The translations under genes and the position numbers were made by a program. Of a stretch of DNA of 64,000 bases, positions 18,430-28,903 are shown piece after piece. The notes under the pieces are model-generated. The model made no database searches. It saw nothing but the letters and a program-made list of their open reading frames with translations, and had not been told where the DNA came from. The DNA is from Thermoplasmatota archaeon (GTDB lineage: Archaea; Thermoplasmatota; Thermoplasmata; Halarchaeoplasmatales; Halarchaeoplasmataceae), in contig JAGXLF010000002.1 of the NCBI GenBank assembly GCA_018334835.1, forward strand, positions 19,585 to 83,584. Reading direction: 5' to 3'. Each line of letters opens with the position of its first letter. Within the stretch, counting starts at the first letter, position 1.

Positions 18430-21252
18430 ATGAAAAAAAGAAAAGTTTTGGGTTTGGCGGTTGTGTTAGTGCTAGTGACTTCGAGTTTTGTCATCGCTCT
18501 TACTGGTGAGGTCGCAGCCCAGGGAGATGACGGAGAGATATATGCTACAGATGAGAATAAGATTCAAACCGATAATTTTCCTATTGGCTCAGAACTCTAC
18601 TTTACGATAGAGTCAGACTTGATCGAAGAAACCCTAGAGGTTCAATTAAGATACGAAGGATCATTGATGGATTCGAAAAGCGTAGAAACAGATAATAACG
18701 GCAATTACATAAGTGCCGAAGAAGATGTCTTTTTCGATCTAACCGGTATGAGTGAGGGAGAATACAATCTTACGATATCTCAGACTGACGGAGACTTCAA
18801 TTCATACTTCGTTAATATCTATGAACAAGAGTTTACTGAAGGATCTATGGTGATAACAACAGCGGATGATCATGAAAAACCTAAAGATACATTTTTTGCC
18901 GGAGAAACTATATATTATTACGGAGAAGTAAAAGATCAGCACGATAATCCTCCTGTAGAACATCCTTATCAACTTGATGCTTTTGTAGAATACGATGATC
19001 AGGAAAACTTTGTAGAACGAAATCTAGCAGACCAAGAAGACGGTTCGTTTTCTGGTGAATTCGATATCAATCAAGAAGGCAATTTCACTTTGATTATCCG
19101 AGATTTACAAGACGGGGATGTAGAAATTGCGAATTACACATTTACAGTGATGGACATATACTTCAGAGTTTCCATAGAACCTGAACTAAATATTTACACC
19201 CAGGGACAGGAAATAGATCTTCGAGTGGAGAGTGATTATCCCCACAACATAGATGTAGCCATATTAAACAGCCTAGAGGAACCCTATAGATTAATGGACG
19301 GAGCTTTGTGGAAAGACCAAGAATTGATTAATGAGTTCTGGAGTACTGAATACACTATACCAAAAGATGAAGAGGACGGTACTTATTATGTGGTAGTGAA
19401 CAGTACCGAAACCGGGGAAACACTCGAAGTTACGGAATTTGAAATTCAGAAGTATTCTTTAGAAGTGGAAACAGATAAAGATGTTTATCATCCCGGCGAA
19501 AAAGTGAAGGCATACTACACAGTAGAAAATCTCCTAGATGGTTCCCCAGCTAACAATGTAAATGTCAGTTGGAGAATGTATTATATAACCGAAGATTTAG
19601 TAGAGGTAAATTCATTAGGAGGCGAAGGTGTCGACGGAGAATTCTCTGAGACATTACCAAAAGATGCCGCTGTCAACAATAATTTCCTTATCCGTGTTTG
19701 GGCTAACGATACGGAAGAAAGGTATCAAGAACAAGAAGGTATCTACCGGTTTGTTGGTGACTTGAATTTAGACCTTAATGTTGAATTAGATGAATATATC
19801 GTTGGACAAACTTTGTATGTAGAACTACAAACATCGACAGGAAATGTAGAAGTAGAAATTGAACTACATTATGATGATACAGTAGTCGACCAAAAAACAG
19901 TAGTCACTGATAGTAGTGGATATTACAAAGTAACAATGGATCTCTCAGGTAGACCGCCCGGTCATTACGTCGTCTCAGGAAACGCAACTTGGAACGACAT
20001 GTTCGATACTGATGATGATGATTTCGAACTTATAGAAGAAAGCAAGAGACTCTCAGTGATGTTGGAACGTGATAAAGGAGTAAATCCATATTATCCTGAA
20101 GAGGAAGGAATGGTGTTTTACACGATTACTAGAGGAGGAGAAACAGTCACAAACGATGCAAACGTAAAATACAGACTCTATTCCAATCACAGAGTTTTAG
20201 ATAAAGACTTCGCAGAAGGTGGAGAGATCGAATTCCAAGTTCCATCCGATTATAGTCCCTCTAGTGAAGGTGATCTATGGATAGATGTCGAAGCTACTAT
20301 GGATAGAGAAACAGATGGGGCTTCAACAATTCGTATCCCAGTCTCGATAGGAGATATACTACTCAATCCAGATCAATGGGAATATGAGGGCGGTGACGAA
20401 ATAAACTTCGAATATGAGTTCCACGGTATAGAAGAGAATGAGGTCGATTCACTAGAATATAGAGTTCTAGACGACTATGTAGGGGCTGATCCAGAAGTCA
20501 TAATCTCAGGGACTCCTTCTGATGGTGTTTTTGAGATCACTATCCCCGAAGAACCAGAAGATCTCTATTCCGTACAACTCCAAGCAGTTACTGAAAGCGG
20601 AGCTAGCATAGAGACTACCGAACGTATCAACCGCATAAGCGGATTCTTCCTCAGAACTGAGATTGTTACGGACTCTGATTACACTACCGGGGTTTATGAG
20701 CCCGGAGATGAGATAGAGATAAGCTATGAACTCGTCTCTAGAGATGAAAGGCCACTACCTGAAACGGTTACAGTAGGTTATAGGATACAAGGTTATCCAG
20801 AGAGTGACCACCGTTTTAAGACAAATGAAACAGAAGGCACCTTCACTCTTACAGTCCCGGAACTGAACGATGGAGAACAAGTTTTGTCAATCCAGGTTGC
20901 CGAAGAGGGTAATTTGGAAATTATAGACGTCGAAAGCGATCCATCATGGGGAAACAGGATAGTCTTTGGCAACGTGAGCGTAAGTGGCTTAATAATGACT
21001 CTCTTAATATTACTCGCTCTGATCCTAGCCGGAGTTGGAGTACTGATGGCTAAATCAGATAAATCGATTCCCAAAAGCAAAAAAAGAAAGCCACCAAAAA
21101 AACCTGAAGAGACGATGGAATCCGAGGAAGAAGTAGTGGTAGAGGAAGAAGGCGGCGAAGAATTCGTTATCGAAGAAAAAAGAGAACCGCTAGAACAGGA
21201 ATGGAAAGACGAGCCACAGATCGAGCCAGAGCCTAGAGAAGAGGAAGAATGA
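18430..21252 (+). CDS. Large hyper-acidic cell-surface protein. Type-I topology: signal peptide, about 850-aa ectodomain, one C-terminal TM helix and a charged cytoplasmic tail of about 90 aa.
   Basis: Start moved to the ATG at 18430, 8 nt after GGAGG. Signal peptide MKKRKVLGLAVVLVLVTSSFVIALTGEVAAQ; TM GLIMTLLILLALILAGVGVLMA; tail KSDKSIPKSKKRKPPKKPEE...EEE. Many N-x-S/T sequons. Confidence 0.65.
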   Translation: MKKRKVLGLAVVLVLVTSSFVIALTGEVAAQGDDGEIYATDENKIQTDNFPIGSELYFTIESDLIEETLEVQLRYEGSLMDSKSVETDNNGNYISAEEDVFFDLTGMSEGEYNLTISQTDGDFNSYFVNIYEQEFTEGSMVITTADDHEKPKDTFFAGETIYYYGEVKDQHDNPPVEHPYQLDAFVEYDDQENFVERNLADQEDGSFSGEFDINQEGNFTLIIRDLQDGDVEIANYTFTVMDIYFRVSIEPELNIYTQGQEIDLRVESDYPHNIDVAILNSLEEPYRLMDGALWKDQELINEFWSTEYTIPKDEEDGTYYVVVNSTETGETLEVTEFEIQKYSLEVETDKDVYHPGEKVKAYYTVENLLDGSPANNVNVSWRMYYITEDLVEVNSLGGEGVDGEFSETLPKDAAVNNNFLIRVWANDTEERYQEQEGIYRFVGDLNLDLNVELDEYIVGQTLYVELQTSTGNVEVEIELHYDDTVVDQKTVVTDSSGYYKVTMDLSGRPPGHYVVSGNATWNDMFDTDDDDFELIEESKRLSVMLERDKGVNPYYPEEEGMVFYTITRGGETVTNDANVKYRLYSNHRVLDKDFAEGGEIEFQVPSDYSPSSEGDLWIDVEATMDRETDGASTIRIPVSIGDILLNPDQWEYEGGDEINFEYEFHGIEENEVDSLEYRVLDDYVGADPEVIISGTPSDGVFEITIPEEPEDLYSVQLQAVTESGASIETTERINRISGFFLRTEIVTDSDYTTGVYEPGDEIEISYELVSRDERPLPETVTVGYRIQGYPESDHRFKTNETEGTFTLTVPELNDGEQVLSIQVAEEGNLEIIDVESDPSWGNRIVFGNVSVSGLIMTLLILLALILAGVGVLMAKSDKSIPKSKKRKPPKKPEETMESEEEVVVEEEGGEEFVIEEKREPLEQEWKDEPQIEPEPREEEE

Positions 21253-21317
21253 TGGACTAATATTTTAAAACCTTTTTCTTATTTTTTCCTAAACATTCAA
21301 AATTAAAGAACCAATAA

Positions 21318-23762
21318 TCACTCTTCATCTTCTATTCCTTCTAAAATATCTTCGACCTCTTCTATATACTTCTCGGCAGCACCCATCTCTTCGTATTTAC
21401 TTTTAGCTTCTAATAGAGTTTCTTGAGCTTTTTCATATTCGCCTTTCTCAATGTAAGCCTTACCAAGTTCGGATAAATCTTGCGCCTCTACAAACGGTGC
21501 GTCAAAATCTTTCATAACATCTTTCGTTTCCTTATATAGCTCAATAGCCCTATCTATATCGCCATCTTTCATCTTGATCATACCTTTAACTCTCTTGGCA
21601 CCAGCTTGACCGACCTTCTCTCCTAGCTTCTCTAACCTCTCTTCAGAATTTCTAAGATATTCTAACGCTTCATCAGTATTTCCTTGTTTTGTCAAGACCT
21701 CAGCTGCATTGAATGAACCCCAGGCTATTAATCGCTCATTTCCGATCTTTTCTGCGTACTCTATACACTTCTTAAATTGTTCTAGAGCGCTTTCCTTTTT
21801 ACCTTTTTTAAGGTACTGATCGCCCATATTGTTATGGACTCTAGCCAATTGATTATATATCTCCTTTGATTCTAATATCGGAAGGGATTTTTCAAAATGT
21901 TGCATAGCCAATTCATGATCCCCTCTCATAGCCACTACATTTCCTAAGTTGATATAATTGAGAGCAAGTTCTCTATTATTTCCTTCCTTCTTCGCTTTAC
22001 GGATAGCTTTTTCAAAATGTTCTTGTGCTTCTTCTAGTTCACCCTCTCTCCACCGGATATATCCGAGACCTCTATAGCATTCAGGTATTCCTTTACCGTC
22101 TTCATCACCAATTTGCTTAGATATCTCTAAAGATTTTGTTAAGTATCTTTCAGCCTCTTCATACTCCTCTAAATTTCTGTAGGCATGACCTATACGTCTC
22201 ATTCCTAACGCTCTCATCTTTTCGTCTTCTACCTCTTCGGCTCTGTTCTTCAGCTCTTCGAACGTATCCTTTGAGGCCTCCCATTCACCAAGATCAACGT
22301 AAAGTCCTCCGATCCTTTTAAGGAGGTCCATCTCCTTATTTTCAACGTTTTCAACACCACGACTTCTCCTGAGAGAATCTAATGCCCTCTCAAAATGATC
22401 TATAGCTCTAGTGATGTCAAGGCTCTGTAGAGATTTCTCACCAGACCTCTTTGAATATTTATAGGCTTTATCAAATTCTTTCCCCTCATAAAAATGCATA
22501 CTAAGTTCATAATAATGATCTTCGATTTCATCCTCATAGAATTCTTCAATAGCATCACCTATCTTTTGATGTGAAACTCTCTTCCTGCTTTTAGCCATAT
22601 CTTCCCTCAATGCAGTCCTAGTTTGAAGATGATCAAATCTATATAGTTCATCATCAGATCCTTTAACTTCATCGATCATGCCCTGATCCATAAGCTCATC
22701 CATGATGTCTAAGAGAGTTATCACGTCCATGTCGATAATTTGCTCTAATATCTCGAAGTTGAACTCGTTTCCCAGCAGAGCAGCGAAATAAAGTACTTTC
22801 TTCTCTTCTCTATCCAATCTTTCAATCTTCCTGTTTGTCATATCCATTATAGAAGATGGAACAGATATATTCGAGAGTTCTTCCTCTGGATCCCAATCAT
22901 AAGAATGAGGGTCTATCACACCATCCTGCATCATCGAATCGAGTATCTCGACGATATAGAATGGATTTCCCTCGGTCTCCCTATACATAGTCCAGATGAA
23001 ATCTTCGGGCAGATCACCTCTATCTATGTAGTTACTTACAAGTTCAGAAACAGAAGGTTGATCTAACCTAGAAACTTCTATCAACCTCACGATGCCCTCT
23101 CCTTTCAGCCTACTCAGTGTCTCTTTAAGAGGGAGCTCTTCTTCAACATACCTGAGTTCATCCCGGCGATAAGCTCCGAAAAAAAATATTTTATTGTCAG
23201 AGACCATCCTAGCTAAGTGGTGCATCAATTGAGCAGAAGATTTATCTATCCATTGAAGATCATCCATGAAGATGACTACAGGATTCTTTTTAGACATATC
23301 ACTCAGAAGATCTGAGACTCTGTTGAACATCAATTCCTGCTGATCTGTAAAAGAAAGGTCTGTTGTTTGAGAAACTCCTCTTTGAGATCCCCCCATCATA
23401 CTCATAGGTGCTGATTCTGAAGATGCGGAAACTTTTGGTTGTATGAATCCAGGACCAAATCCTTCATCTTCTTCCTCTTCAAAATGGCCTTCTAATGCCT
23501 CGTAAAAAGGCAAATAGGGTTCAGTACTCTCATAATAAAGACATCTGCTTTTGAAGACTCTAAAGCCTTCTTCTTCACACTTTTCTAAAAATTTTTCAGC
23601 CAATCTTGTCTTACCAACACCAGTTTCTCCTTCGAGTAAAACGAATCTTCCCTCACCAGAAACTACCTTGTTTTTATAGTGTTCCAATTCATCCAATTCA
23701 TCCTCTCGATCGACAAAGGCCGCTTCATTTCCTGCTCTTCTAGAATCTAGGTTTAGATTCAT
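21318..23762 (-). CDS. AAA_16/STAND-like NTPase with C-terminal TPR repeats (paralog 2).
   Basis: FVDREDELDEL...VLLEGETGVGKTRL, VVIFMDDLQWIDKSSAQL, GNPFYIVE, then TPR repeats. Confidence 0.75.
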   Translation of the reverse strand: MNLNLDSRRAGNEAAFVDREDELDELEHYKNKVVSGEGRFVLLEGETGVGKTRLAEKFLEKCEEEGFRVFKSRCLYYESTEPYLPFYEALEGHFEEEEDEGFGPGFIQPKVSASSESAPMSMMGGSQRGVSQTTDLSFTDQQELMFNRVSDLLSDMSKKNPVVIFMDDLQWIDKSSAQLMHHLARMVSDNKIFFFGAYRRDELRYVEEELPLKETLSRLKGEGIVRLIEVSRLDQPSVSELVSNYIDRGDLPEDFIWTMYRETEGNPFYIVEILDSMMQDGVIDPHSYDWDPEEELSNISVPSSIMDMTNRKIERLDREEKKVLYFAALLGNEFNFEILEQIIDMDVITLLDIMDELMDQGMIDEVKGSDDELYRFDHLQTRTALREDMAKSRKRVSHQKIGDAIEEFYEDEIEDHYYELSMHFYEGKEFDKAYKYSKRSGEKSLQSLDITRAIDHFERALDSLRRSRGVENVENKEMDLLKRIGGLYVDLGEWEASKDTFEELKNRAEEVEDEKMRALGMRRIGHAYRNLEEYEEAERYLTKSLEISKQIGDEDGKGIPECYRGLGYIRWREGELEEAQEHFEKAIRKAKKEGNNRELALNYINLGNVVAMRGDHELAMQHFEKSLPILESKEIYNQLARVHNNMGDQYLKKGKKESALEQFKKCIEYAEKIGNERLIAWGSFNAAEVLTKQGNTDEALEYLRNSEERLEKLGEKVGQAGAKRVKGMIKMKDGDIDRAIELYKETKDVMKDFDAPFVEAQDLSELGKAYIEKGEYEKAQETLLEAKSKYEEMGAAEKYIEEVEDILEGIEDEE

Positions 23763-23868
23763 CCCAGTTGAGAGTAGTGTTAGTAGTTTTTATTAAAATT
23801 TGCCCTAATATACCGACAAACATATTTCTGAGGATATGGATCGTGTAAACCAGGAGTCACTAATTCAT

Positions 23869-24771
23869 CTATAAAAATTCCCAATCATCACCGTTAGATT
23901 TAGAATGATGCCTGACATTGCTCCTAGGCAATGGCCTTTCACTTTCGAAAATGTTTTTTCCATCATTCTGTCTGACGAGTTTCATCCTCTCTTCACTCTC
24001 TCCTTCACCCGAGTTATCTCGCATGCTACGTTTGTTTTGTCCTTTAGCCTCTGCAAATTCACATTGATCTTTTCTCTTTCCATTGTATCTTACAGACCTT
24101 AGATCGCTTAGGCTTTTTCTATCAACTGCATTATAGTTCTGTCGATCCATTGGGTTCTTCGCATACCGGTGCAGAGAAGCTAACTCATCTTTGACCCTAC
24201 CGAGTGATCTAACTCCATCGGTAGATTCCTTTCTCTTTTCATAAGAGATTATTCCACCAATGTAAGCGAATACTATTGTCAAAATATAACTGTTTGAACC
24301 GAAGGGTACACCGGCTAAAACTCTATCGAAGAAAATGGTCCAGTATTGGTGGACGAATTCAAGATACGGACCAAAGAATGAATGTGAAGAAGCGATCGAG
24401 ATGATTTTATCTGGATATTCCAATGCCCATGCTAGAGCAAAATACAAGTAACCCTGACTGAGCAAGTAATAGATGGCACCAATTATACCAAGACCTAGGA
24501 ATGATGCAAGAATACCTTTTTTAGGGCCCCCGGTTCTTCTACCGCCCACGTAACCAGCTAACATAGGTCCAAACAGAGGAATCCACCAAAGGATGGCAGA
24601 TAACACAACGATATATTTTACTCCACTCCAAAAATCATAAGTTATCTTGCCGAATTCCTTTATTTTTCTGACAGTGTTTCCCCGTTCTTTCTCTTCCTTG
24701 AATTTCAATAGTCCTTCTTCCTGGAGTTTTCTTGTCGAAGGATCCCGATACTTTTCTTTCCTCAGACGCAT
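23869..24771 (-). CDS. Hypothetical polytopic membrane protein with basic N- and C-terminal tails.
   Basis: 4-5 hydrophobic helices flanked by K/R-rich low-complexity segments; no known motif. Confidence 0.45.
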   Translation of the reverse strand: MRLRKEKYRDPSTRKLQEEGLLKFKEEKERGNTVRKIKEFGKITYDFWSGVKYIVVLSAILWWIPLFGPMLAGYVGGRRTGGPKKGILASFLGLGIIGAIYYLLSQGYLYFALAWALEYPDKIISIASSHSFFGPYLEFVHQYWTIFFDRVLAGVPFGSNSYILTIVFAYIGGIISYEKRKESTDGVRSLGRVKDELASLHRYAKNPMDRQNYNAVDRKSLSDLRSVRYNGKRKDQCEFAEAKGQNKRSMRDNSGEGESEERMKLVRQNDGKNIFESERPLPRSNVRHHSKSNGDDWEFL

Positions 24772-24879
24772 TATATCCCATTATAGTGTCAGATCGTCCG
24801 ACAGAACGTCTGACAAATAAAATAGGAAGGTCAAATTATTTAAAAGTTTTCATGGTTTATCTTATTTGTCATACTGTTA

Positions 24880-26232
24880 TTAGATAGATTTCAAGATATC
24901 TTCCACCTTGGTCTGATGTTCGTCTGCAAGCCTTTCAGCTTTGATTTCATCCGTAGCCTCGGAGTAAATGCGATATTTTGGTTCAGTTCCCGATGCTCTA
25001 ATCAAGACCCATCCTTCATCGTAGTATATCTTCAACCCGTCAGTATCGTCGTGATCGGTTTCACTGTAAATCTCTTTCAATCTTTCTAACAATGGATCCT
25101 TCAATTCATCTGGGCACTCCACACCTCTCTTTTCAAGAAAGTACTGCGGCAGTTCTTCGATCATATCCGATAATTTTCCTTCTTTGGCGACCATCTCTAC
25201 GATCTTAGCGGCGGTCATAGAACCATCTCTACAGAATTGATGATCCGCAAAGATCAAACCACCGTTTTCTTCCCCTCCAAATATAGCGTTTTCTTCTATC
25301 ATCCTTCTCGCGACTATTGGAGATCCGACAGCGGTATAGATGAGTTCACCACCGTTCTCTTCAACAACGTCTGCGACACTACTCGACGAGGAGACGGGAG
25401 TCACGACAGTTCCCCCTTTATTCTCTTTCACAAGTTTTTCCGCAACCAAGGTCAATGTTCTATCTCCATGAATGTATCCACCGTCCTCGTCGATAAAGAT
25501 AGTCCTATCAGCGTCGCCATCATGTGCGATGCCTAGGTCAGCGTCTGTTTCTGAAGTCAACCTGATCAGATCTTGCAAATTTTCTTTGATTGGTTCACTG
25601 TTGTGTCCCGGGAAAAAACCATCAGGCTGAGCATTGAGCGTAACCACTTCACATCCCAACTCCCTCAATAGATAAGGTGTAAGATGACATCCTGCGCCGT
25701 TAGCACAGTCGAGTATAACTTTAGGTTCAGCTTTTCTGATAGCTTCTTCATCTATCTTTTCTTTTATAGCTGCAGAATAGAGGTCAAGAGCGTCATCTGA
25801 TTTTTTCTTACCGACCTCATCCCAACCGACAAGATCAAAATCTTTAGAAAAGTAAATATCTTCGATCTCTTCTTCCATCCAACCGATCAGTTCTGTACCG
25901 TCATCATTTACACACTTGATACCGTTAAATTCAGGGGGATTATGTGAAGCGGTGATAGCTACACCAAAGTCAGCCAATCCCTTCGTATAGAATTGTAAAG
26001 CTGGCGTTGGGACTTCTCCAAGATCGATCACATCACAGCCGGTAGCCATCAACCCAGAAGAAACCGCATTCTTCAACATGTAGTTTGAAGCTCTAGTATC
26101 GGTTCCTATGGCCACCTCTTTATCTTTTCCTATCCATGTACCTATTGCTTTGCCTAGTTGAAGGGCTAGGTCCGTATCCATATCTTTGTTTATCGTGCCT
26201 CTAACTCCGTTAGTTCCAAAAAGCTCGGTCAT
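24880..26232 (-). CDS. glmM: Phosphoglucosamine mutase / phosphohexomutase (GlmM/ManB family).
   Basis: Active-site loop TASHNPPEFNGIK, Mg site DGDADR, sugar-binding GEENGG. Confidence 0.8.
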   Translation of the reverse strand: MTELFGTNGVRGTINKDMDTDLALQLGKAIGTWIGKDKEVAIGTDTRASNYMLKNAVSSGLMATGCDVIDLGEVPTPALQFYTKGLADFGVAITASHNPPEFNGIKCVNDDGTELIGWMEEEIEDIYFSKDFDLVGWDEVGKKKSDDALDLYSAAIKEKIDEEAIRKAEPKVILDCANGAGCHLTPYLLRELGCEVVTLNAQPDGFFPGHNSEPIKENLQDLIRLTSETDADLGIAHDGDADRTIFIDEDGGYIHGDRTLTLVAEKLVKENKGGTVVTPVSSSSSVADVVEENGGELIYTAVGSPIVARRMIEENAIFGGEENGGLIFADHQFCRDGSMTAAKIVEMVAKEGKLSDMIEELPQYFLEKRGVECPDELKDPLLERLKEIYSETDHDDTDGLKIYYDEGWVLIRASGTEPKYRIYSEATDEIKAERLADEHQTKVEDILKSI

Positions 26233-27212
26233 ATTTCTTTCTCCTCCGGTTCAAATTTTTCTTTTATCACTTCTTTATTCTTTTCTAGATACAGATTGTC
26301 AGATATTATAGAATCTTTTATCGTAACATTGTCCTCGACTACGACATCATATCCCAATATGCTGTCCTCTATGATGCATCCTTTTCCTATCTCTACCCCA
26401 TCATAGATCATAGAATTATATATACTAGACTTTCCTATCCTGCAGTCTTTCCCAACGGTCACGTATTCTCCAAGTTCTCCCTCGATAGAGCTTTTATCGC
26501 CTACAAGTCTTTTCTTTCCCATCTCATCGAGTAACGTACGATGTGCCTCGAATAAACTCGAGGGTCTTCCACAGTCTATCCAATAACCTTCAAATTCATA
26601 GCCAAAGAGACCTTCCTCTACCAAATCAGGAAAGATTTCACGTTCCATCGATACTTTTTCTCCTTCAGGTATCCTGTCAAATACTTCAGGTTCTAAAATA
26701 TAGTGACCGGCATTAACTTTCCTAGAAAATGCCTCCTCAGGAGCAGGTTTTTCTTGAAAACGCTTTATCCTTGAATCTTTAGAGATGTCCATAACTCCAA
26801 ACTCGGTAGGATCATCGACTCTCCAGGCAGAGATAGCTCCGATCCCGTCTTTTTCGCGGTAAAAATCTAGGTAATTTCGAAAATCGAGGCTAGATATTAT
26901 GTCTGAATTGATTACAAAAAATGTATCGTCGACATAACTTTCGACATTCTTCACCGCTCCCGCGGTCCCTCTAGGTTCCGGTTCATCCACTATGTGTACT
27001 TCTCTATCCAGATTTACATCTTCAAAGTACTCTCTCAACATATCTATTTTGTAATTAGCCGCTAAAACGACTTCTTTTACTTCTTTAGGCAGAGAATCGA
27101 TAATGTGCTGGACCAAAGATTTGTTGAGTAGGGGTAGTAGAGGCTTTGGAGTAGTATAGGTCAAAGGGCGCATCCTCGTACCGAATCCTCCCGAGAGTAG
27201 AATTGCTTGCAT
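26229..27212 (-). CDS. Sugar-1-phosphate nucleotidyltransferase with a C-terminal left-handed beta-helix (archaeal GlmU-like).
   Basis: LSGGFGTRMRPLTYTTPKPLLP signature; hexapeptide repeats in the C-terminal third; 4-nt ATGA overlap with glmM. Confidence 0.7.
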   Translation of the reverse strand: MQAILLSGGFGTRMRPLTYTTPKPLLPLLNKSLVQHIIDSLPKEVKEVVLAANYKIDMLREYFEDVNLDREVHIVDEPEPRGTAGAVKNVESYVDDTFFVINSDIISSLDFRNYLDFYREKDGIGAISAWRVDDPTEFGVMDISKDSRIKRFQEKPAPEEAFSRKVNAGHYILEPEVFDRIPEGEKVSMEREIFPDLVEEGLFGYEFEGYWIDCGRPSSLFEAHRTLLDEMGKKRLVGDKSSIEGELGEYVTVGKDCRIGKSSIYNSMIYDGVEIGKGCIIEDSILGYDVVVEDNVTIKDSIISDNLYLEKNKEVIKEKFEPEEKEI

Positions 27213-27245
27213 CGGATGACATTACCAATATAGTCCTAATAAATA

Positions 27246-27695
27246 TTACGATTCCAATTTTTCAAGTTCTTCGATCAAATCATCAACTTCATCGAAATCA
27301 TCTACAGCATCTATTTCCCAGGTATTTATCCCCAAGATATCTTTTCCATACCTCTGTGCAAAACATATCTCGGACAGAGTTCCATATGCGCCGTCTATTG
27401 CGATGATCACGTCGCCGTTCATCACGACGAGAGTGTTTCTCATAATTCCCAAATTTGTGACTATCGCATGATCGATATATTCATTCGCTTCATCCCTAGA
27501 GGAAGAAGGTAATATCCCTATGGTAGTACCGCCCTTCCTTTTCGCGCCTTTGCAAACTTCTCTCATGACTCCTCCTCTCCCGCCACAGACGATGGTGTGG
27601 CCTCTCTCGGCCAACTCTTCTCCTAGATCTTCAGCCATCTTCAAGTCTTTTTCACCAGCAGACCCAACATCCCCTCCGATCACGCTGATATACAT
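27246..27695 (-). CDS. LOG/TIGR00725-family Rossmann-fold protein (DprA/Smf-related family 1).
   Basis: GGRGGVM...GILPS...AIDGAYGTLSE motifs typical of the LOG-like family. Confidence 0.55.
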   Translation of the reverse strand: MYISVIGGDVGSAGEKDLKMAEDLGEELAERGHTIVCGGRGGVMREVCKGAKRKGGTTIGILPSSSRDEANEYIDHAIVTNLGIMRNTLVVMNGDVIIAIDGAYGTLSEICFAQRYGKDILGINTWEIDAVDDFDEVDDLIEELEKLES

Positions 27696-27775
27696 AGATG
27701 CACATAAAAGATCGGCATATTAGTTTTTTCCGATTTGAACATATACTTTGTCATGTTCTTGGATTGTGACTTCCT

Positions 27776-27795
27776 CTCCGCCCTGAAGGACGGAG
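27776..27795. repeat. IS right-end subterminal hairpin: CTCCG-CCCTGAAGGA-CGGAG.
   Basis: 5-bp stem with a 10-nt loop, 14 nt past the tnpB stop. Expected to overlap the predicted omega-RNA (reRNA) scaffold region. Confidence 0.55.
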
Positions 27796-27808
27796 CTTCC
27801 GATCAAAG

Positions 27809-28903
27809 CTAATGAGGTTGCATTCCGCTCGCTGACTTCATGAGGGAGTAAAAATCCCTCAGAGCGGTCAGGTCATCGCTTCCAGCTCCGGGACTAGCCA
27901 CGAAGCCCCCTGCTCTTGAAAGAGGTTTCAAGAACTTTCCAAGAGCCCGTCGTCCGATGTTGTGTGCACCGTTCTTGTCCGAGTGTACCTCAAGTCCACA
28001 GTTGTCGCATCTGAACACGCCGGCGTTCCGTTCGCCTTTCGTTCCGCACCTTGAACAAAGCTGTGATGTCCAGGCCTCGCTCACTTCAACGTAGCCGATA
28101 CCGTTCCAGTGCGCCTTGTATTCCAGCTGTCTTCTCAGCTCGTAATGCGGGAATCTGTGTAGTTTTCTGTTCATCAGTCTGCCGTTGTCTTGGTCCTGTA
28201 TTCCCGTCAGTTCACCGACGAATATCAATAGGTTGTTTTCTTCAGCGTACTTGACTATCTTATCCGTCAGCTTGTGGATGGAGTCGTTCACTTTATCGTA
28301 CTCACGCCTGAAGAAGCGTGAACGGTTGGATCCGTAGTCAGTCTGCCTTCTGAGATAGAAAAAATGTGTCTGCACGTCGCGTATATCGGAACCGTCGAGC
28401 ATCGTCTCACGACCGGGTAACGCCACTGACGCTACTGGCTGCCTCAAGCCAAGATCGATACCCAGAACTCCGTCGTAACGCTCCTGCAGGAACACATCCT
28501 TCTTGATCATGATGTGGAGATGAAAACGGCCGTTCCGTTTCAAGAGTTTGGTCATACAAATTTCATGTTTATCTTCGATGTCCATATGTGTTCTTATCGG
28601 TACTTTGATACCGCCGTGCCGCTGTTTGGACGGTATCTTGAAAAAGTAGTCCGCAACCTCGGATCCACAGTCTCTCAACTCGATCAGATCTTTACGGAGA
28701 AAGACGGGATACGCTTTACCGTCCTTCAGGTCATCTGTATCAAGATTCCGTTCGGCCTGCTGCCTGTGTGCGCTGTACACCTTATCGATTCCTTCATCTA
28801 TATGAAGCCAGCGCTGATAGTTCGACCACATCCGTTCAAGCTGTTCCCACTTTACGTTGGTCAATTCGACAACGGCCGATTTGACTGTCTTTTCGGCTTC
28901 CAT
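27809..28903 (-). CDS. tnpB: TnpB (OrfB) RNA-guided-nuclease-family transposon protein.
   Basis: RuvC-I (GIDLGLRQ), the typical KIVKYAEENNLLIFVGELTGIQD segment, C-terminal zinc finger CSRCG...CDNCG, then HSDKNGAHNIGRR. Confidence 0.85.
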   Translation of the reverse strand: MEAEKTVKSAVVELTNVKWEQLERMWSNYQRWLHIDEGIDKVYSAHRQQAERNLDTDDLKDGKAYPVFLRKDLIELRDCGSEVADYFFKIPSKQRHGGIKVPIRTHMDIEDKHEICMTKLLKRNGRFHLHIMIKKDVFLQERYDGVLGIDLGLRQPVASVALPGRETMLDGSDIRDVQTHFFYLRRQTDYGSNRSRFFRREYDKVNDSIHKLTDKIVKYAEENNLLIFVGELTGIQDQDNGRLMNRKLHRFPHYELRRQLEYKAHWNGIGYVEVSEAWTSQLCSRCGTKGERNAGVFRCDNCGLEVHSDKNGAHNIGRRALGKFLKPLSRAGGFVASPGAGSDDLTALRDFYSLMKSASGMQPH

